A DNA stretch of 32,000 bases from NCBI RefSeq assembly GCF_000018465.1, contig NC_010085.1, positions 390,001 to 422,000 on the forward strand. The letters run 5' to 3'. The position numbers and the translations under genes are program-made. The notes below the pieces were generated by a model that was not told the origin of the DNA, made no database searches, and worked only from the letters and a program-made list of their open reading frames with translations. This document shows, piece after piece, positions 8,886-18,300 of the stretch (its first letter is position 1; each line of letters starts with the position of its first letter). Origin of the DNA: Nitrosopumilus maritimus SCM1. GTDB lineage: Archaea; Thermoproteota; Nitrososphaeria; Nitrososphaerales; Nitrosopumilaceae.

Positions 8886-9449
8886 ATGGAAGAAACCCCT
8901 TTGGTCCGTGGCACATTGGTTTCAGATCAAGCCTGTATTTCTGATAAGAAAATGATTCATGAACTTGAACTAAAGGGATATGGGGAAATTGAAAAAGAAA
9001 AATTCTTCTTAAAACAATTTGAAACTCTTTATCTTCTGTATACTAACAAACTAATTCTAAAGAAAGGCAAAAAAGAAATTGATTTTGATTTTTTCATGAA
9101 TGTCTGTCAAAAGAATGATTCTGAAATTCTAACTAAATTTTTGATATACCGTGACCTTAGGAATCGTGGATATGTTGTAAAAGATGGATTTGGATTTGGT
9201 TCTGACTTTAGAGTGTATGAAAGAGGACACTTTGGTGAGAAAGGAGCAAAATTTTTGATATTTGGTCTAAATGAAGGCCAACAAGAAAAGATGGGTGCAC
9301 TACAAAAAAAGATTCAAGAGATTACTCAAATGGGAAAAGAACCAATAATTGCAGTTATTGAACGTCGTGGTGAAGTTATCTATTACAAAATTAACAAAAT
9401 GAACTTTTATGAAAACAAAGCAAGACTGGAAGAATCATTTAATCTTTGA
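8886..9449 (+). CDS. endA: tRNA-splicing endonuclease family subunit
   Basis: Core motif LIYRDLRNRGYVVKDGFGFGSDFRVYERG plus an EndA-like N-terminal domain. Start placed at MEETPLVRG (8886). See the finding on the catalytic His position. Confidence 0.8.
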   Translation: MEETPLVRGTLVSDQACISDKKMIHELELKGYGEIEKEKFFLKQFETLYLLYTNKLILKKGKKEIDFDFFMNVCQKNDSEILTKFLIYRDLRNRGYVVKDGFGFGSDFRVYERGHFGEKGAKFLIFGLNEGQQEKMGALQKKIQEITQMGKEPIIAVIERRGEVIYYKINKMNFYENKARLEESFNL

Positions 9450-10104
9450 GAACCCAATCTGTAGAATACTTTAGCAAGTTTTTTTCCTCTGCATACATAA
9501 AATCATAAACTTCCAAATGTTTTGTTTGATTTTCCCACAACTCTTCAAAGTCTTTCATCTTTCTTTGTACTCTTGATTTATCATTCCACGATGTAAACAC
9601 GTCAACTGATTCAAAGTCTCTTGTTTGTGTTGAAAATGATTCTCTTGATGTTCCTGTAAATGCAACTGCATCATCTTTGTCATCTCTAAATACTCCAATT
9701 CTTTCTGAAAAAGAATCAGCTACTTGTTCAGAATTTGGAATTGCAATCTTTAGTTCGATTTGTCCTTTGTTGACAATGTTTTGCAGCTTTTGTATTTTAG
9801 AATCTTTGATCAACTTTCCTTCAAATGATTTTGTATATTTTTCAGAAAATAGTTTTGTGAACAAATTAAGATCCTCTGTTCTGAATCTGTGACCTGTAAC
9901 CATTCTTAATTTTGCTTTTCCTATTGCAAAATTATCAAATGCCATTGCAATTGTTGCCAATGTTTGAATTGATAGAAAATCTACACATCTGTCATATTCT
10001 ATACATTGACCAAGACATGGAAAGAAAAACTCTGCAACAATATCATCAATGTCAGAACGATACTCTTCTTTTAGTTCTATGTCTCTTAATCCCACAGCAT
10101 TCAC
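9439..10104 (-). CDS. Stand-alone PLD-like domain protein (type normally fused to the N-terminus of DEAD/SNF2 helicases), catalytic residues substituted
   Basis: YRSDIDDIVAEFFFPCLGQCIEYDRCVDFLS...GKAKLRMV...SERIGVFRDDKDDAVAFTGTSRES...VDVFTSW matches my recollection of the YR...FY.P.L...YDR.VGYFS ... HEK.GIF.D...V.F.GS.NES ... VF.SW template. H, K and N are replaced by S, R and R. Confidence 0.55.
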   Translation of the reverse strand: MNAVGLRDIELKEEYRSDIDDIVAEFFFPCLGQCIEYDRCVDFLSIQTLATIAMAFDNFAIGKAKLRMVTGHRFRTEDLNLFTKLFSEKYTKSFEGKLIKDSKIQKLQNIVNKGQIELKIAIPNSEQVADSFSERIGVFRDDKDDAVAFTGTSRESFSTQTRDFESVDVFTSWNDKSRVQRKMKDFEELWENQTKHLEVYDFMYAEEKNLLKYSTDWVLKD

Positions 10105-10164
10105 TATTGAATTTGTTATTTAAAGAAATATTTTTTCAAAAATTTGCATACGCACTTGTCTTAA

Positions 10165-10557
10165 TTATTTACTAATCTTGGAAATCTGAGATATTTTTAC
10201 AATTTCCATTAGATTGTCCATGTCTATTGGTTTGTAAACAATACCATTTACTTTTAGTTTCTTGAGTTTTTCTTCAGTTAATGATGTGACATCTGCAGTT
10301 ACTGCAATTATTACAGCTTTGGAATCTTTTGCACGAATTTTTTTAATTGCATAGAATCCTGAACCATCTGGCATCATCATATCTACAAATACAATATCTG
10401 GATTGTTTGCAAAATAAAGATCAATTGCTTCTTTCCCATTGCCTCCTTTTCCAATTACCTCGATGCCTCTGTCTTCTAGCATTTCACTAAATACATCTAC
10501 TATGTCAGGCTCATCATCAACAACAATTCCTGTTATTCTCTTTGTGGAATCACTCAT
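10165..10557 (-). CDS. Receiver-only (CheY-like) response regulator, RR-A
   Basis: VVDDEPD, FVDMMMPDGSG (phospho-acceptor Asp), IAVTAD and VYKPI motifs. No output domain. Confidence 0.9.
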   Translation of the reverse strand: MSDSTKRITGIVVDDEPDIVDVFSEMLEDRGIEVIGKGGNGKEAIDLYFANNPDIVFVDMMMPDGSGFYAIKKIRAKDSKAVIIAVTADVTSLTEEKLKKLKVNGIVYKPIDMDNLMEIVKISQISKISK

Positions 10558-10566
10558 GATGTTTTT

Positions 10567-10585
10567 ATAACAAAATCTTTGTTAT
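10567..10585. promoter_or_regulatory. Perfect inverted repeat ATAACAAA-ATC-TTTGTTAT in the 34-bp divergent spacer between RR-A and HTH-A
   Basis: Read directly. It occupies more than half of the whole intergenic spacer 10558..10591. Confidence 0.35.
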
Positions 10586-10591
10586 TAAATT

Positions 10592-11197
10592 ATGCCCGGT
10601 GTTGACCGTTTCTTATCTGAATCCTTTGAGATTGCAATCAAGAAGAACCTCAAAGCAGAGGCAGAATATCAGATGAAAAAAACCATGTTTGAAAAATTTG
10701 GTATTTCCATTAGACAATCAATAGAAGACATTGAAAAATTACATCAAGTTCGAAAAGAACTTCTTGGCGAATCTGATTATTCCCAACTAAAAAAATATCT
10801 GAGTAAAATTTGTATTTTTAGAAAATCTGATGATGGAAAATATTACATAATTACAATCTTGGATGACTTTCTTAAAAGAAAATTAATGGATACAATTGGT
10901 GATGATGAATCAAGAAAAGTTCTTACAGCAATGACTGACAAGAATCGTACTACTTCTGATGTTTTAAGATTGAGAAAAATTTCAACAACTTCTGGATATA
11001 GAAAAGTTAATGCACTAATTCGTGATGGATTTTTAATCCAAACAAAACGTAAAATGGTTGAAAACAGACGTCCTGTTGATCAATACACAACATTTTATCA
11101 TAAAATCCTGTTTGAAGTAAAGAAAGATGATCTTTCATTAGAAATATTTGTCACTAAAAAATTATTTGAATCAAGCTCCCTTTTTGATATTCTTTAA
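10592..11197 (+). CDS. Putative DNA-binding protein with C-terminal winged-helix-like region, HTH-A (paralog of 27353..27952)
   Basis: Aligns end to end with HTH-B (MPGVDRFLSESFEIAIKKNL..FEKFGISIRQSIEDIEKL vs MPGLDSLLANSLKESITKDL..FEKYGISFAQSIENFDKL). The HTH-like segment is TTSDVLRLRKISTTSGYRKVNALIRDGFL. Confidence 0.6.
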   Translation: MPGVDRFLSESFEIAIKKNLKAEAEYQMKKTMFEKFGISIRQSIEDIEKLHQVRKELLGESDYSQLKKYLSKICIFRKSDDGKYYIITILDDFLKRKLMDTIGDDESRKVLTAMTDKNRTTSDVLRLRKISTTSGYRKVNALIRDGFLIQTKRKMVENRRPVDQYTTFYHKILFEVKKDDLSLEIFVTKKLFESSSLFDIL

Positions 11198-11254
11198 ACT
11201 GTTTTACTCAAATCAATAATAACATTTTTTAGCTTTGTACTAATTTGTAGAACT

Positions 11255-11536
11255 GTGAACTCAAAAGGAATTGTTGTAATTAGTGTAATTGTAATATCTC
11301 TTGTAGGTATTGCATACATGTCATCTACACAACAGTTTGATGAATCAATGACTCCCTCAATTGAAAGTAATTTATCAGTTGATCATGATACCTCATTGAG
11401 TTTAACTTATCCTGACTCCCCAGTAATATCTCATTCAAATTCTGTTGATGAATCTGATGTAGTTGTTACTGTTGATGAAGATGGAAAAAAACAATACTCA
11501 ATTGAAGTTGGAGACACTCCAATAATTCAAGAATAA
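11255..11536 (+). CDS. Small N-anchored protein S1 with C-terminal VDEDGKKQYSIEVGDTP motif
   Basis: A GTG start gives MNSKGIVVISVIVISLVGIAY, homologous to the S2 N-terminus MNSRTGIFVGLAIAVSVGIAF. It shares a C-terminal motif with S2 and with the giant ORF N-terminus. Confidence 0.65.
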   Translation: MNSKGIVVISVIVISLVGIAYMSSTQQFDESMTPSIESNLSVDHDTSLSLTYPDSPVISHSNSVDESDVVVTVDEDGKKQYSIEVGDTPIIQE

Positions 11537-11559
11537 AAAATAATTTTTAACTAAATATT

Positions 11560-12183
11560 TTATGTTGTATCTGATGTGATGTCAAATGTATATGTAATTT
11601 GTACAGTTTCACCACTGTTTAATGTAACATCTGAAGTATCAATCACTGAAAACAAAATTCCTGAAGCAGTTGCACAATTATTATAATCTGCATCACTTGC
11701 TGCACGATTTGTACATATTCCTATTGAACGAATAGTATCTCCATTAGCTACATTTGTTGAACCAGCTTGAAAAGTCAAAGGACCAACCTGTGCAGTTTGT
11801 GATGATATTGTAACTGAAGTATCTTCTTTACAATTATTTTCTGCAATTGAGTTTCCGCTATCAAATGTTGAAGCTGTATCGCTTTCTGCTGGTGTTTGTG
11901 CTTCATCACTAACACAAATTGCACCTATCTGTGTGTTATCTGATGCACTGTTTGAATCTTGAAATGTTTGTTCCAAGAGAAAAGTTTCACCTGTATCAAC
12001 TAGCCTGTTGTGAACTTGTTGTGTGAAAACATTGTTTCCATTCGCATCTATCTTTTCAATTGTTGCAAACCCGTAAAATTTTTGTTCAAAATCATTTTTT
12101 TCAAAATCAAATGGAATTACAGCTGTTGTAAATACTGTAAAAAGTACTGCGGCACTAATCGTATAGGATGTTCTTTTTTGCAT
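11560..12183 (-). CDS. Secreted 4-Cys protein P1 (207 aa), paralog of 21535..22170
   Basis: Start moved to the Met at 12183, giving a signal-like MQKRTSYTISAAVLFTVFTTAV. The tracked 33-aa extension runs through the promoter. Full-length similarity to P2 with four conserved Cys. Confidence 0.75.
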   Translation of the reverse strand: MQKRTSYTISAAVLFTVFTTAVIPFDFEKNDFEQKFYGFATIEKIDANGNNVFTQQVHNRLVDTGETFLLEQTFQDSNSASDNTQIGAICVSDEAQTPAESDTASTFDSGNSIAENNCKEDTSVTISSQTAQVGPLTFQAGSTNVANGDTIRSIGICTNRAASDADYNNCATASGILFSVIDTSDVTLNSGETVQITYTFDITSDTT

Positions 12184-12210
12184 TATATTTTGTGAAAATC
12201 GAAAATTTAC

Positions 12211-12221
12211 TAATATAGTTA
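12211..12221 (-). promoter_or_regulatory. TATA-like element TAACTATATTA of P1, identical 11-mer upstream of P2 (22195..22205)
   Basis: The plus-strand TAATATAGTTA occurs 28 nt from the P1 ATG and 25 nt from the P2 ATG. Confidence 0.5.
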
Positions 12222-12230
12222 TGGGCGAAC

Positions 12231-12244
12231 TTCCAACTTTGGAA
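12231..12244. promoter_or_regulatory. Inverted repeat TTCCA-ACTT-TGGAA (site 1 of recurrent motif)
   Basis: Perfect 5-bp arms, N4 spacer. It lies 48-61 nt upstream of the P1 ATG, just beyond its TATA box. Confidence 0.5.
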
Positions 12245-12260
12245 ATTTTTTTGTAAAAAT

Positions 12261-12276
12261 TTTCCATTTGTGGAAA
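12261..12276. promoter_or_regulatory. Inverted repeat TTTCCA-TTTG-TGGAAA (site 2)
   Basis: Perfect 6-bp arms, N4 spacer. It lies 43-58 nt upstream of the giant-ORF ATG at 12319. Confidence 0.5.
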
Positions 12277-12318
12277 GTACATTCAAGCCTTTTTAGTCGT
12301 CAAAAAATTTTTTTTTCT

Positions 12319-15300
12319 ATGAAATGGGAGATACCTCTACTGGTAAGTTTCGTATTTTTGCTCGGAATTTTTTCGTCATTTCCCGTCGTTGATAGTAATT
12401 TTACAATTGATGAAAATGGTTTGAAACATTATGTTCTAACTCCTGAAAAAAATATTTCATCATTTGATGTTGTTGCAACGTCTCTTTCTAAATACAATCG
12501 TGAAGTTGATTTTGATGAACAAGATCCGTATTTTGTTTTCTTTTTGTTCGTGTTATTGTTAGTTTTACTGTATCGTAGCAATTTCGTTTTGCAAGTAAAA
12601 CAATCTGTACTAAAAACCTTTGCATCTGATTACATCAATTTGTTTTTGAAAAATAATTTTGCACAAACATTATTTTCAGAGAACAAAATTAATCTAAAAG
12701 AAATTTTTGTTATTTTATCTTCATCAAATACAAAATTACAAAACAATTCAACTGTTTTGTATCGAAATTGTTCTAATGTATTAATAAATTCCAAGAAATT
12801 CTTTGTTTCTAAAAAAATTATCGTTGTTTTGTTGTTGTTTGTTGTTTTAATTGTTCCAGTTTATAATCATGCATATGCAGCCTCTGGTGATATTACAAAA
12901 TCTCTTGTTGATTCATTTGAGTTTGATAATCAAGCAGGTTCATACCCTGATATTATTCAAATAGATTCTAATACATTTGCAATATCTTATCAGGGACAAG
13001 GATCTGGTGTTCTTTCTGGATACATTCAAACTTTTGATATTGATAGTCTAGGAAACATTTCATCACTAAACACATTACAATTTGATCCTGATGCAATTGT
13101 ATACACTGAATTAGTTGCAGTAGATTCAGATACGTTTGCAATTGTTTACAGAAGTACTGATGCTGATGGTTTTATTCATACAGTAGACATTACTGGAGCT
13201 GGTGTAATTACAAACGGAACAAATTATGAATTCGATACTACTGCAGGTACTGATCCTCAAATAGTTGCAGTAGATTCAGATACATTTGCAGTTGTGAATC
13301 AAGGTGGTGGTGCTGATGGTTGGTTGCGAACACTAAACATATCTTCAGATGGACTAACCATTTCAGAAGAAGATAGTTTTGAATTTGATACAAATGAAGG
13401 TAGAGACAATGACATTATACAGGTAGATTCAGACACATTTTTGATTGTGTATAGGGGTGTTGAAGCTGACGGATTTGCAAAAACAATCAACATTTCAACT
13501 GATGGTACGATTAATTCTGTAGAAGACACATTAGAGTTTGAGCCTACCTTTGATGCATATCATAATGCTATTGCCCAGGTAGATTCAGACACATTTGTAG
13601 TTGCATATAGAGACATTGACAGTGATGGTCGACTAGCCACGCTTGATGTTACTAGTTCAGGCTCTATTACTCTAGTTGAGACATATGAATACGACACGAA
13701 CACTGCACAACATCCTGACATCAAGAGATTAGATGACAAATCATTTGTGATTGCATATCAGGGAGCAGGAAGTGATGGATTTATCAAAACAATTCCTATC
13801 ACTGCCTCCGGTAATATCGGAACCGTAACTGATACCTATGAATTTGATACTGGAAACGGTCGTTTCCCATCAATAATCAGTATAGATGGAAATACAGTAG
13901 CAATTGCTAGCCGTGGTGGAGGAAATGATGGTTTCTTGGATACCATATTTATCGATGTTGAACTTGCAGGCACAGATACTCCTTCTTTTGTAGAGGTTGA
14001 TGATTCATCAAAAACTGCCATAATTATGGCTAGTTCTACGCCTGTAGTCGTCAGTGAGGGTCTAAATTCTATAAATCCGGAGTTATTCCCTGCATCCACC
14101 GTTAATCCTACACATGGATTTGAAATGGGAATTTATGCCTCATCCACGCCTATTCCTGCCCATGAAGTGACAATTTCTACTATCAAGACCAATGATACCT
14201 TTGAATTTGACACTGCCGATGCAGAGACACCTGATTTGGTTCAGGTGGACACAGACACGTTTGCAGTAGTATACAAGGGAACTGATAATGATGGATTCAT
14301 CAAAACAGTAGATATCACAAGCACAGGCACGATCACTGACACTGGAAACTCCCTAGAATTTGATACTGCAGATGGATGGACACCAAATATTGTGCCTGTA
14401 GACACTGATACATTTGCAGTTGTGTATAATGGAACTGACAGTGATGGATTCGTTAAAACCTTAAATATTAGTGGAGTAGGTGCGATCACTGACACTGGAA
14501 ACTCCCTAGAATTTGATATCGCAGATGGGCTTTATCCTGATATTGTTGCAGTTGATTCAGATACATTTGCGATCGTATATACTGGAACAGATACTGATGG
14601 ATTCATTAAAACCTTAAATATTAGTGGAGTAGGTGCGATCACTGACACTGGAAACTCCTTAGAATTTGATACTGGAACTGGAATATTTCCTGATATCCTT
14701 GCAGTTGATTCAGACACTTTTGTGATTTCTTACACTGGTAACGGAAATGACGGATTTGTAAAAACGGTTGACATTACTGGCGCAGGTGTAATTAGCAGTG
14801 TAATTGACACCTTGGAATTTGATACATCCACTGCCTATGAAACATCTCTCGTAAAGATTGATGATGACACATTTGCAGTAGCATACAGAGGTCCAGGCTC
14901 TGATGGATTTGTCAAAACATTTGATATTGATAGTTCCGGAAACATCAACAATTCAATCACTGATTCACTTGAGTTTGATACTGGAAACGGCAGAGAGCCT
15001 GACATGGTTAGTCTTGGTTCTGGTAATTATGGAATAGCTTATCGTGGTAATAGTAATGATGGATTTTTTGTAATTGTAACAATTGATGATGCAGGAAACA
15101 TTGGAAACTCTGTTGTTGAATCACTTGAATACAACACATCAAATGGATATTTCCCTAGCTTAATTGGAGTTGATCTTAATACATTTGCAATTGCACATAG
15201 AGGAAATGCTGAAGATGGTTTCATTACTACTATTGACACATCAAACGAATTAGCATTTTCTGATTCAGATACTTTGGATGTTGTAGAATCTGTAGATTTA

Positions 15301-18300
15301 ATTAAAAAATATGCAATATTTGGAACTTCTGCTCCTATATTTGAACATTCAGTAATAACAACTGGCAATTCTATAATCGATGATGCAAATTCAACTCCAC
15401 TAGTAGTTTCTTCTGCTATTACACTAAAAGGATATTTCCTAAATGCAAATTCAACTCCAAATGTTTCTGATTCTGGAAATACTGTTGCACAATATACAAG
15501 AACTGCATCTGATATTTTAGATGTTGCAGAACAAAATACTGAATTTAAAAATTATACTATATCAAATTCAACAACACCCGACATTGTAAGTAGTGGAATA
15601 ATTTCATTTTCTCTTTCAGCAAACTCTACTCCACTTCTAACAAGTAACGCAACATCATCAGCTGACATCTCATCCAACTCTACTCCACTTCTCTCTAGCA
15701 ATGCCACAACTGTTGCAATGTTCGTACTTGATCCATCAACTATTCCATCTGTATCTAGTACTGCAACTGTTGCATTCACTTTGTCAGCAAACTCTACTCC
15801 ACTTCTAACAAGTAACGCAACATCATCAGCTGACATCTCATCCAACTCTACTCCTGTACTATCCAGCAACGCAACATCAACTGTCATGAGAATACTCAAC
15901 GCAACATCCATCCCATCACTATTCAGTAACGCAACATCATCAGCTGACATCTCATCCAACTCTACTCCTGTACTATCCAGCAACGCAACATCAACTGTCA
16001 TGAGAATACTCAACGCAACATCCATCCCATCACTATTCAGTAACGCAACATCATCAGCTGACATCTCATCCAACTCTACTCCTGTACTATCCAGCAACGC
16101 AACATCAACTGTCATGAGAATACTCAACGCAACATCCATCCCATCACTATTCAGTAACGCAACATCATCAGCTGACATCTCATCCAACTCTACTCCTGTA
16201 CTATCCAGCAACGCAACATCAACTGTCATGAGAATACTCAACGCAACATCCATCCCATCACTATTCAGTAACGCAACATCATCAGCTGACATCTCATCCA
16301 ACTCTACTCCTGTACTATCCAGCAACGCAACATCAACTGTCATGAGAATACTCAACGCAACATCCATCCCATCACTATTCAGTAACGCAACATCATCAGC
16401 TGACATCTCATCCAACTCTACTCCTGTACTATCCAGCAACGCAACATCAACTGTCATGAGAATACTCAACGCAACATCCATCCCATCACTATTCAGTAAC
16501 GCAACATCATCAGCTGACATCTCATCCAACTCTACTCCTGTACTATCCAGCAACGCAACATCAACTGTCATGAGAATACTCAACGCAACATCCATCCCAT
16601 CACTATTCAGTAACGCAACATCATCAGCTGACATCTCTGGTTCATCAACACCATTCCTCTCAAGTAACGCAACATCAACTGTCATGAGAATACTCAACGC
16701 AACATCCATCCCATCACTATTCAGTAACGCAACATCATCAGCTGACATCTCATCCAACTCTACTCCTGTACTATCCAGCAACGCAACATCAACTGTCATG
16801 AGAATACTCAACGCAACATCCATCCCATCACTATTCAGTAACGCAACATCATCAGCTGACATCTCTGGTTCATCAACACCATTCCTCTCAAGTAACGCAA
16901 CAGTATCACTATCTGGTTCATCAACACCATTCCTCTCAAGTAACGCAACATCAACTGGAATGTTTGACATCTCATCCAACTCTACTCCATTCCTCTCAAG
17001 TAACGCAACAGTATCACTATCTGGTTCATCAACACCATTCCTCTCAAGTAACGCAACATCAACTGTCATGAGAATACTCAACGCAACATCTGAACCAGTG
17101 ATATCAAGTAACGCTACCACTGTTGCAATGTTCAATCTTAACGCAACATCAATTCCATCACTATTTGGTAACGCAACAGTATCGCTATCTGGATCCTCTA
17201 CTCCTGTACTATCAAGTAACGCAACTTATGGAACACTTGTAGCATCAGCTAACACCACTCCATTCCTCTCAAGTAACGCAACAGTATCACTATCTGGTTC
17301 ATCAACACCATTCCTCTCAAGTAACGCAACATCAACTGTGATGCACATATTATCTGCAAACTCCAGTCCGGTTGTTTCCAGTAATGCAATTACAACTGGA
17401 ATGTTTAACATCTCAGCAAACTCTACTCCTGTACTATCAAGTAACGCAACATCAACTGTCATGAGAATACTTAACGCAACATCTGAACCAGTTCTATCTG
17501 ATGATGCACAGATAACTGGAATGTTTAACATCTCAGCAAACTCTACTCCTGTACTATCAAGTAACGCAACATCAACTGTCATGAGAATACTTAACGCAAC
17601 ATCTGAACCAGTTCTATCTGATGATGCACAGATAACTGGAATGTTTAACATCTCAGCAAACTCTACTCCTGTACTATCAAGCAACGCAACATCAACTGTC
17701 ATGAGAATACTTAACGCAACATCTGAACCAGTTCTATCTGATGATGCACAGATAACTGGAATGTTTAACATCTCAGCAAACTCTACTCCTGTACTATCAA
17801 GCAACGCAACATCAACTGTCATGAGAATACTTAACGCAACATCTGAACCAGTTCTATCTGATGATGCACAGATAACTGGAATGTTTAACATCTCAGCAAA
17901 CTCCACTCCTGTACTATCTGACAATGCTCAAGTCACTGGAATGTTCACCATCAACGCAAACTCCACTCCTGTACTATCTGACAATGCTCAAGTCACTGGA
18001 ATGTTCACCATCAACGCAAACTCCACTCCTGTACTATCTGACAATGCTCAAGTCACTGGAATGTTCACCATCAACGCAAACTCCACTCCTGTACTATCTG
18101 ACAATGCTCAAGTCACTGGAATGTTCACCATCAACGCAAACTCCACTCCTGTACTATCTGACAATGCAACAAGTGATACAGTATTTGCCTTACTAACATC
18201 TGATGCCCCAAGTCTTACAGAATCAATTGATCAAATTGAGAGATATGCAATTAATGCAATAGATGTACCTGTTATTTCAGAATCTGTTGGAAAACCAAAA

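Noticed and set aside
15552-17924. Long antisense ORFs inside the repeat stalk (15552..17135, 527 aa; 17226..17924, 232 aa) and the +frame ORF 17924..18196
   Set aside because: They exist only because a stop-free repeat unit is iterated. Their products are the same low-complexity unit repeated (…DVALLNSDGMDVALSILMTV…). They fully overlap the far longer sense ORF, whose non-repetitive flanks are clearly coding.
15811-18167. Possible CRISPR array (regular direct repeats of 114/120/60 nt)
   Set aside because: There are no unique spacers between repeats. The periods are multiples of 3 and in frame within one continuous ORF. Neighbouring units are diverged copies of the same peptide motif. No cas genes or leader are present.
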